The notes beneath the pieces are model-generated. The model was not told where the DNA came from. It did no database searches and saw only the letters and a list, made by a program, of their open reading frames with translations. Shown here piece after piece: positions 58,001 through 64,000 of a stretch of 64,000 bases of DNA. The DNA comes from Thermoanaerobaculia bacterium (GTDB lineage: Bacteria; Acidobacteriota; Thermoanaerobaculia; Gp7-AA8), in assembly GCA_041750915.1 (NCBI GenBank), contig JBGSYJ010000069.1:4946-68945 (forward strand), given 5' to 3'. How positions within the stretch are numbered: the stretch's first letter is position 1; the number at the start of each line of letters is the position of its first letter. The translations under genes were made by a program, and so were the position numbers.

Positions 58001-60713
58001 CGAAGGGGCTGTGAAGTCTCAGTTGCGCGAGACCGCAGCCTGGTCGGTGATTGAAGGATTCGAGGAGTTCCGGGAGGGAGCTTCGAGCCACATCTCCGGA
58101 ATTCTCATTCAGGGAGAGGGTGACCTCGAGATCCGGCTGAGAGAACCCCTGCCGATTTATCCCGCGCTCCTGACGGATACGAAGACCGGAATCTCACACG
58201 TAACAGTCGACGAAAAGGGAGTCCGTTCGGTGGCCGGTACGGGTGCGTTCCGCATCGTCCAGCACGATCAGGACCGCATCGTGATAGAGAAGAACGCGGA
58301 CTACTGGATGCCCGGGAGGCCGCGCCTCGACGCGATCGAGTTTCGCGTGGAGAGAAACGCCTCGTCGCGCGCCGCGCAGATGCGCTCCGGCGAGATCGAT
58401 GTCGGGCGCGAGCTCCTGACCAACGACCTCGACGAGCTTCTTCGCGACCCCCGTTTCCGCAACGGTCTCCAGGAGGTTCCGAACAAGATCACCTATTTCG
58501 CGGTGTTCAATCACTCGACGCCTGCGGGAGGAAATGAAAGGCTTCGCCGCGCGCTGTGCGGAGTTCTTCCCGTGCACGATCTCGTCTGGGGCTCACTGGG
58601 ACGCCTCGCCCAGCCGACGACGACACTGATTCCACCGGGGATCCTGGGCCACGATCCGGGCCGCCGCCGGCATCCGATGTCGCGGGACCAGGCGGCCGAA
58701 CTGCTCACCGCCAGTGGACTCGAACTGCCCCTCACGCTGCGGGCGGCAGTCCAGCCCCTCTACCAGGACCGGTATCGCGCTTTGCTCGACGCCATTGTCG
58801 AGATCTGGTCGAGCCTTGGAGTGACGATCGAGATCGTGACGCCTGATCTCGAGTCCTTCATGGCCTCATACCGCGATGACGAAGACATCGACATCCGGAT
58901 CATGCGTTGGGCTGCCGACTATGACGATCCGGACGATTTCTCGTACGGTTTGTTCCATTCCGGAACCGGGCTCGTATCGCGTTACTTCTCGACGCCGGCG
59001 ATCGACCAATTGACCGAAGAGGGGAGGACGGAACGACGGCCTGCAGCCCGAGAGGCGATCTATCGACGGTTCGAGCAGGCGATCTCCGAGTCCGGATCGG
59101 TTCTCCCGTTTTTCCACGAAATCGATTACCGACTGGCCAACCCCTACGTGCGGGGGCTGCAGATCGTCAGCACGTCTCCATTCGTGAATTACGCCGAGCT
59201 CGGAAAATCGTCGCACGCGCCCGTCGTGGCAACGAGTCGCGCGGGCGGAATGATCGTTGTACCGATCGCCGGGGCGATGCACGAGATCGAGCCAACTCGC
59301 GTGACGACTGTCGAAATGAGCGAGACGGTGCCCTGCTTTTACGAGACTTTGACGAAGGTGGGCGAGGGCGCCCGCGTCATCCCGTGGCTTGCCAGCTCGG
59401 TAACACCCGAGGACGGAGGAATGCGTTACCGGATACGACTCCGTGAGGACGTTCGTTTCCATGACGGCCGGCGTATGAGTGCGCGCGATGTCCGTTACAC
59501 GTTCGAGCGTCTGTTCACTCTTTCAGGGAGCGTTGCCGGATGGTTCTTCACGGCGATTAAGGGCGCGAAGGAACTGATGGCAGGACGGACCCGAGAGCTC
59601 GAGGGTCTGCAAATCGTTTCCTCACACGAGCTCGTCATGGAGCTGGAGCACCCGCTCTCGTTTTTTCCCACGCTGCTCTCGCACCTGAACTCGTCGATCG
59701 TTCCAGAAGGGACTGGGGAAATCGGTACGTCGTGGAAGACTGGCGTAGCGGGCACAGGACCATTTCGGCTGGTGGCTCTCGATCCGTCCGGGAGACTGGA
59801 GCTGGAGAAGAATCCGTTTTACTGGCGTGATGGATACCCTAAGAGCGATGCTCTCGTTTTCCAGTACGGGTTGGGAAGCGACGAGATCAGACATCGATTT
59901 CAGGCAGGGGAGCTATCCATCGCCAGCGACCTCAGGCCGGCGGACGTCGAACTGTTCCGGCACGACCCGGAGTTCGCTCCGGGGTACCGGGAGACCCCTC
60001 GTCTTTCAATTTACTTCGCCGCATTCAACCGGAACCGAGGCCCACTCGCTGACCCTGAACTGCGCCGCAGTCTGGTGAGTATGATCGATGTCCCCGGAAT
60101 CGTGGGGCGCCAGCTGGGTCGCCTGGCGATTCCTGCGCATGGAATCATTCCGCCCGGGCTGCTCGGATTCAATACAGCGCAGCCCGGTCGCGCTGCTATG
60201 TCTCGTTCACGCGGAGGAGAGAATCGCGACATCGAGTTGAAAACCGTCGTGCATCCGATCTTCTTCGAACAGTACGCAGGAGTCGGGAAAGAACTGCTCG
60301 CAGCGTTCGCGGAGAAGGGGATTCGAATACAGATTACGGCGAAAACGATGAGCGAATATACAGACGCCCGTATCGTCGCTGAAGCGGATCTCAAGATAGG
60401 ACGCTGGTTCGCGGACTATCCCGACGCTGATACGTTTACACACGGTCTGCTTCATCGAAAAGCCGGTTACATCGGCGATTCCTGCGGATCTGTGGAACTC
60501 GATCGCCTCACAGAGCGGGGCAGAGAGGAATCCGATCCCGGACGACGTCATGCAATCTATCAGGAAATCGAGCAGATGGTTGTGCGCGATGCGCTCATGC
60601 TGCCGCTGTTTCACGAGCAGATCTACCGGCTGGCGCGCCCCGAAGTCGAAGGGCTCGCTTTGAATCTCTCCACGCCCGAGGTGCAGTACGATGAGTTGCG
60701 AGTACGACGTTGA
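55074..60713 (+). CDS. Giant signalling protein: Ser/Thr protein kinase + STAND/AAA_16 ATPase + TPR + two SBP_bac_5 (peptide-binding-protein-like) domains
   Basis: Kinase: GRGGMGVVYRA, VAIK, HRDIKPEN, DFGLA. NTPase: GEPGIGKTRL (Walker A). SBP5 number 1: WDVIDDGRAMKLRLREGVRFHDGSPLTAEAV...GTGAFRIV...NADYW. SBP5 number 2: MRYRIRLREDVRFHDGRRMSARDV...GTGPFRLV...NPFYW. No transmembrane segment seen. Confidence 0.85.
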   Translation: MIGTILNNRYEIIGELGRGGMGVVYRARDPLLNREVAIKLVPPMLLNPQSEERFNREAQLVAQMDHPSIVPIFDIGQHDGSMFFLMPVVKGDNLRAFLREKPRTLGSIIDIAIQAAEGLEYSHARGVIHRDIKPENIMVSEEEGALRVRIMDFGLAKAASDQRLTRTGTLVGTVSYFSPEQVKAEEVDNRSDIYSLGTVIYEAIAGEPPFTGEMQSVLYRAVHENPRSLIDRGAEISQSLEDVIMRTLAKEPSRRYATAGDLVEALRRYRLTLRDDDMVKAVGMSSVMTAQMVRPSSAPFIGREKEIAELQRRLNAAVDGECQFAVIAGEPGIGKTRLVEEIESLARARKITVLHGRFMEQDRTFAYQGFGEAIQEFFRSPDTGGSGARPDVSDLAPDLIALFPVLSEISELRKTSSGDQRQEPAESRKAEDRTWVFELLARTMVRIGGGKALVLVFENLHSAELSLDALQYIVRRLAPTPTLIIGTFRQTEIDKRHPLVKMLDTFADDPRFSSTYLGPLTPSEHRSFIQTMVGGASLGAGLAERLYEATEANPFFTRELVRSLIDSGGIARAETGEWTLSGEMAISSDALPATIQQTVEKRIERLPEEMRDVLSTASVMGRSFDFRDLESLADSKGGLDDIVDRLVYEGLIEEERESRGDRLAFTSGIVRDVLYSALSRRKRKSLHRRYAELLEKRNSGRLDRVYPQLVHHYSEGDVPDKTVEYGMILARKSLDAFSSEEAVQTLRTVVDFLDDDEWSPPPGTVGEARMLLASALRQQGQIDAALREAEAAVQSFEKDKDADRASAAMLLAAEAAWQGRRVEETRNWLDRGVAAARGATAGNVLADLLSLAATVANLRGEYSRAKELLDELERIRPAISLEQQIDIPVGGRLMVSLGNPAPAKEPAAIELLEESEILGLAFERLVTTDDRGHLVASLGESWDVIDDGRAMKLRLREGVRFHDGSPLTAEAVRDSIEGAVKSQLRETAAWSVIEGFEEFREGASSHISGILIQGEGDLEIRLREPLPIYPALLTDTKTGISHVTVDEKGVRSVAGTGAFRIVQHDQDRIVIEKNADYWMPGRPRLDAIEFRVERNASSRAAQMRSGEIDVGRELLTNDLDELLRDPRFRNGLQEVPNKITYFAVFNHSTPAGGNERLRRALCGVLPVHDLVWGSLGRLAQPTTTLIPPGILGHDPGRRRHPMSRDQAAELLTASGLELPLTLRAAVQPLYQDRYRALLDAIVEIWSSLGVTIEIVTPDLESFMASYRDDEDIDIRIMRWAADYDDPDDFSYGLFHSGTGLVSRYFSTPAIDQLTEEGRTERRPAAREAIYRRFEQAISESGSVLPFFHEIDYRLANPYVRGLQIVSTSPFVNYAELGKSSHAPVVATSRAGGMIVVPIAGAMHEIEPTRVTTVEMSETVPCFYETLTKVGEGARVIPWLASSVTPEDGGMRYRIRLREDVRFHDGRRMSARDVRYTFERLFTLSGSVAGWFFTAIKGAKELMAGRTRELEGLQIVSSHELVMELEHPLSFFPTLLSHLNSSIVPEGTGEIGTSWKTGVAGTGPFRLVALDPSGRLELEKNPFYWRDGYPKSDALVFQYGLGSDEIRHRFQAGELSIASDLRPADVELFRHDPEFAPGYRETPRLSIYFAAFNRNRGPLADPELRRSLVSMIDVPGIVGRQLGRLAIPAHGIIPPGLLGFNTAQPGRAAMSRSRGGENRDIELKTVVHPIFFEQYAGVGKELLAAFAEKGIRIQITAKTMSEYTDARIVAEADLKIGRWFADYPDADTFTHGLLHRKAGYIGDSCGSVELDRLTERGREESDPGRRHAIYQEIEQMVVRDALMLPLFHEQIYRLARPEVEGLALNLSTPEVQYDELRVRR

Positions 60714-60714
60714 G

Positions 60715-60786
60715 GGGAGTTGTGAGTTCTGAGTTGTGAGTTCTGAGTGGAACGCGGCGCTCCACTCAGAACTCAGAACTCGTAGG
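60715..60786. repeat. Heptad-repeat hairpin (H5): (GAGTTGT/GAGTTCT)x4 ... (CAGAACT)x2 with a 14-bp stem
   Basis: GAGTTCTGAGTGGA-ACGCGGCGC-TCCACTCAGAACTC begins two nucleotides after the kinase stop. Confidence 0.6.
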
Positions 60787-60788
60787 TC

Positions 60789-61424
60789 ATGGCTGAAAAG
60801 CACAAAATCCTGATTGGTGGGCCGAGGAAGGCTTCGTTGACGGTGGTGCTCGCGCACGGAGCGGGAGCGCCGATGGACTCGCCATTCATGAACGAAGTGG
60901 CTGAAGGCCTTGGCGCGAACGGACTGCGAGTCGCGCGCTTCGAGTTTCCTTACATGGCGTCTCGGCGCAATGGTGGGAAGAAGCCTCCGGATCGCGAGAC
61001 GCGTCTGCGGGAAGTCTGGCTCGAAGTCATTGAGGAGTTGGGCGACAAGGACCGGCTGTTTATCGGCGGCAAGTCGATGGGGGGCCGGATGGCGAGCCTC
61101 GTGGCGGACGAGGCGGGAGTTCGAGGGCTCGTCTGCTTCGGGTATCCGTTCCATGCGCCGGGCAAACCGCCGGGGGATCGCATCAGTCATCTGAAGTCTC
61201 TTCGCACTCCCGCGCTGATCATTCAGGGAACTCGCGATTCGTTCGGCAAGCCGGACGACGTGCTCACGTACGAGCTCGCACCGTCGATACGCGTCGCGTG
61301 GATCGAGGATGGTGATCACTCGCTGAAGCCGCGGGCAAAGTCGGGTCGGACCGAGGGGCAGAATATCGACGAGGCGGTGGTGATGGCGGCGGAATTCGTG
61401 AAGAAGATCGTCGGGGGTCGGTAA
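60789..61424 (+). CDS. Alpha/beta-hydrolase-fold protein (COG3571-type predicted hydrolase)
   Basis: VVLAHGAGAPMDSPFM...GGKSMGGRMAS...CFGYPFH...DHSLKP. Confidence 0.75.
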   Translation: MAEKHKILIGGPRKASLTVVLAHGAGAPMDSPFMNEVAEGLGANGLRVARFEFPYMASRRNGGKKPPDRETRLREVWLEVIEELGDKDRLFIGGKSMGGRMASLVADEAGVRGLVCFGYPFHAPGKPPGDRISHLKSLRTPALIIQGTRDSFGKPDDVLTYELAPSIRVAWIEDGDHSLKPRAKSGRTEGQNIDEAVVMAAEFVKKIVGGR

Positions 61425-61564
61425 TCATTCTGGAGCTTCCATGAAGGCCGCAAAGAAGCTTCAGGCAAGTCTGCAGGATTTGTCAACCCGCGCTTGCTCG
61501 GGATGACAGATCCTTGAGACCTGCTTAAGACTTCGTCGCACATGCATTCACTTGTGAGCTCTTC

Positions 61565-61984
61565 ATGATAGAGATCAACGAAACGCTCTCCATTCCTGAC
61601 GATGAGATCGTGCTCACGGCGTCGCGCAGCAGCGGTCCGGGCGGTCAGAACGTCAACAAGGTGAACAGCCGGATCACCCTCTGGTTCGATATCGGGAGGT
61701 CGACGGTCCTGGAGGAAGGCCAGAAGCAGAAACTGCTCGCAGCGCTTCGCACACGCGTGACGGGCGAGGGTGTCCTGCACGTGTCGAGTCAGAAGCACCG
61801 CGCGCAGGGAGCCAACCGTGAGGCGGCGATTGCGCGATTTGCGGAGCTGCTCAGAGAAGCGCTTTCCGAGCAGAAGCCTCGGAAGGCTACCCGCGCATCG
61901 CGAGCCGCGAAGGCGCGAAGGATCGACGAAAAGAAGCAGCGCGGCGTTATCAAGAAGCTACGGGGCTCTCCTCCGCGGGAGTGA
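61565..61984 (+). CDS. arfB: Alternative ribosome-rescue factor B (peptidyl-tRNA hydrolase ArfB/YaeJ)
   Basis: SSGPGGQNVNKVNSRI carries the GGQ motif; basic C-terminal tail; 139 aa. Confidence 0.88.
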   Translation: MIEINETLSIPDDEIVLTASRSSGPGGQNVNKVNSRITLWFDIGRSTVLEEGQKQKLLAALRTRVTGEGVLHVSSQKHRAQGANREAAIARFAELLREALSEQKPRKATRASRAAKARRIDEKKQRGVIKKLRGSPPRE

Positions 61985-62037
61985 ACCTTCTCTCGCAAAT
62001 CTTGCGACGGGGTCCTACAATATGCCGCATCAGCGGC

Positions 62038-62928
62038 ATGATAGAGAGTATTTCGAGGGGCTGGGTGACGGCGTTCTGGTTCGCAGTCGGAATCGGCTGC
62101 GCGGTCGCGCTCACCCCACCGATATTCGACCTGACGATCCTCCTGGGGTTCGAGCTCGATTTCCTTCGCACTTTCCGTCGGATCCTGCTGCTTGCGGCCG
62201 TAATGGTCCTCGCGTTCCGGCTACTGCCATGGAAAGACGGGAATCTGCAGAGCTACGGACTCGGCTTCTCTCGGGAGAATGTATCGCCCACGATGGGTGC
62301 CTATGTCATCACCGTGGCGCTCGTCGCCACACTGATCCAGATCGAACTGGCGGCCGGCTGGGTGAAGTGGCAACTTCGTCCCGATTACATCCTCCGAGCC
62401 GTGCGATATGGTCTTACCGGTCTTTTGATCGCATACATCGAGGAGCTTTTCTTTCGCGGATGGATGCTCCGGCGCATCGGCAAAGCGAAGGGGTTCTTTG
62501 TGGCACTCGTATTCACGAACCTCGTGTACGCCCTCGCTCACGGATTCAAACCGCGTCATGTGACCGTCGATGTCGCTGATACGTGGCAGGGTGCGTTGAT
62601 GGCTTTAGGCCTTTGGACGCGACACCTCCTCAGCCCGACCTTCTGGCCCTCGATCGTCGGACTGTTTCTCTTCGGGCTTCTGCTCTCAGCGCTGTACCTG
62701 CGCACGGGCTCTCTCTGGTCGTCGGTAGGAGTGCATGCCGCGGCAGTGCTGATGCTTCATGGTGTCGTTCCCTCGCTACGAGGGACTTCACCTCCGGAGT
62801 GGGCGGGAACCAAGGTGATGTACGACGGTGTGCCGGGCTGGATCCTTCTTGGAACGGCGACGCTGCTGATCTGGGGGTTGCAGAAGCAGCAGCGGGAAGA
62901 ATCGGGAAGCGCGATTCCCGTCGATTGA
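62038..62928 (+). CDS. CPBP-family intramembrane metalloprotease (CAAX protease/Abi)
   Basis: EELFFRGWMLRRI (EExxxR), FTNLVYALAHG (FxxxH) and a later H in the VHAAAV helix. I chose the start at MIESISRG; the upstream GTG would overlap arfB. Confidence 0.75.
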   Translation: MIESISRGWVTAFWFAVGIGCAVALTPPIFDLTILLGFELDFLRTFRRILLLAAVMVLAFRLLPWKDGNLQSYGLGFSRENVSPTMGAYVITVALVATLIQIELAAGWVKWQLRPDYILRAVRYGLTGLLIAYIEELFFRGWMLRRIGKAKGFFVALVFTNLVYALAHGFKPRHVTVDVADTWQGALMALGLWTRHLLSPTFWPSIVGLFLFGLLLSALYLRTGSLWSSVGVHAAAVLMLHGVVPSLRGTSPPEWAGTKVMYDGVPGWILLGTATLLIWGLQKQQREESGSAIPVD

Positions 62929-63096
62929 CTCCGCGATCAGAGATAGGCGATCAGCCGACCGCAGGTGATCACGCCGGTCCAGAGCAGGAGAGACGATCAG
63001 GATGACAAGTCCTTCAGATCTTCTGGTCTGGGCAGGGTTTCAAAGCATGCGTAGTGCCGCGTAACAGGGCGCGCGCAGGCGCGCCATACAGTTTAG

Positions 63097-63274
63097 CCCC
63101 GGGCTCTGCCCCAATGGCGTCAACTTAAGGTCCGCGCAGGAGCAAGTGTCATCCTGAGCGTAGCGAAGGATCTCCTTACTATTGGCTGTATCGCAAGGAT
63201 TGAGGGGATCCTTCGCTTCGCTCAGGATGACACGTTGTGCCTTAAGTTAACGCCATTGGGGCTCTGCCCGGGGG
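63097..63274. repeat. Composite palindrome: type I element (copy h, 63148-63236) nested between outer inverted arms of about 34 bp
   Basis: Outer arms CCCCGGGCTCTGCCCCAATGGCGTCAACTTAAGG and CCTTAAGTTAACGCCATTGGGGCTCTGCCCGGGGG; the inner arms are GTCATCCTGAGCGTAGCGAAGGATC...GGGGATCCTTCGCTTCGCTCAGGATGAC. Confidence 0.6.
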
Positions 63275-63473
63275 ATTGGTAGCGCACGATGTTTTGTGCG
63301 GCCGCGAAGGCGGGCGCTACAGGGCGATCATTTCCTGTTCAGCCTGTAGCGACCGCTTTCGCGGCCGCCTATGCGCGAGGACTCTGCGCTTCCCCGGGCG
63401 AAGCCCGGGGCTATCCTGTACGGAGCGCCTCGCGCGCCGCCGGACTTGCGATCCGCTCATTCGGCTAACCGCC

Positions 63474-64000
63474 TCAACTCTTTTCGGACTGGCGGAACGC
63501 GCGGACTTTCTGTTCGAACGATTCCGCGACGATCAGAGGACGGGCGCTGCAATTCGCACAGTTCGGACGCAGATTTCCGGTGATCAACTCGGCGCGAAGC
63601 CTCTTGAACTCATCTCCTTCGAATATATCGCGTAGGGACTCGGTGGCGAGTCCCCCGAGCGTCTCTTCGAAGAAGCAGCATGGCCGGACTTCGCCGGTAG
63701 ATTGTACGAATGCGATCTTCCACGGATCGAGGCAATCGCGTGTCTGTCCCGACGAGACATGATCGTGATGGACGGTCTTCTCACGGATACGCAACGGCTC
63801 CCGAGTGGCGCTTTCGACCCGTTCACCATGCTGATCGAGAAGGATTGCGGCGATCGGAGGATCGATGAAATGGCTTCCTCCATCACGCTCGAGCTGCGAG
63901 ATGGCATTGCGAAATGCAGCTGACGACGCCGAGAGCGCCTCAGGAGCAAGATGCGACAAGTGCCGGGCGGTCAGCGTCCCTTCGATCGGGGGATACTCTG
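63474..64000 (-). CDS. C-terminal SPASM-domain region of a probable radical SAM maturase; the N-terminus lies beyond the window end
   Basis: DCLDPWKIAFVQSTGEVRPCCFFEETLG...LRPNCANC is a SPASM/twitch cysteine pattern. The frame stays open to position 64000. Confidence 0.5.
   Translation of the reverse strand, partial: EYPPIEGTLTARHLSHLAPEALSASSAAFRNAISQLERDGGSHFIDPPIAAILLDQHGERVESATREPLRIREKTVHHDHVSSGQTRDCLDPWKIAFVQSTGEVRPCCFFEETLGGLATESLRDIFEGDEFKRLRAELITGNLRPNCANCSARPLIVAESFEQKVRAFRQSEKS

Noticed and set aside
7253-63236. Possibility that the recurring GTCATCCTGAGCGAAGCGAAGGATCCCC units form a CRISPR array
   Set aside because: Copies are kilobases apart, each is an inverted (palindromic) pair rather than direct repeats separated by 30-40-nt spacers, and no cas genes are present.
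1-64000. tRNA, rRNA or obvious riboswitch and leader elements
   Set aside because: I found no T-loop GTTCRANYC or anticodon-arm patterns and no rRNA-like conserved blocks on visual scanning. The structured intergenic RNAs are better explained by the repeat families.

Overview
This is a high-GC (~65%) chromosomal segment from a soil-type bacterium; the gene content looks Acidobacteria- or Gemmatimonadetes-like, but I cannot confirm the taxon. The protein-coding content is mostly core metabolism and signalling genes. In window order it includes a GerMN/Gmad2 lipoprotein (partial), acnA, rpsA, rof and dnaE with a long acidic C-terminal tail. Then come three overlapping amidohydrolase-fold genes (only the middle one keeps the HxH metal site), an FAD oxidoreductase, a GGDEF protein and a giant NAD-glutamate dehydrogenase. 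Further on are OsmC, a lipase-like hydrolase, a TonB-dependent receptor and a mechanosensitive-channel neighbourhood (mscS plus an RCK channel, an intact mscL and a truncated mscL copy). After that come a 7TMR-DISM LytS/LytTR two-component pair, a beta-lactamase-like gene with BlaI and a BlaR1-like M56 protease, a winged-helix/hydrolase/cyclase fusion, a SAM methyltransferase, a PP2C phosphatase and a 1879-aa protein that fuses a Ser/Thr kinase, a STAND ATPase, TPR repeats and two SBP_bac_5 domains. The window ends with ArfB, a CPBP protease and the partial C-terminus of a SPASM-domain (radical SAM-type) protein at the right edge. I found no rRNA, tRNA or CRISPR array. The most unusual content is non-coding. 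There are two small DUF559 (Vsr-like endonuclease) genes, each bracketed by its own terminal inverted repeats (about 140 bp and 36 bp), so they look like miniature mobile cassettes. There is a family of about 88-bp palindromic GTCATCCTGAGCGAAGCGAAGGATCCCC elements with at least 6 full and 2 half copies. A second 170-190-bp palindromic element occurs in 2 copies. A ~210-bp four-hairpin repeat occurs as an inverted pair bracketing a 20-kb segment. Hairpin elements built from tandem heptads sit at gene boundaries. Inside the bracketed 20-kb segment there is a partial duplication of the mscL region and a cluster of gene fragments. All calls rest on reading the translated frames and the DNA by eye; I ran no database search.
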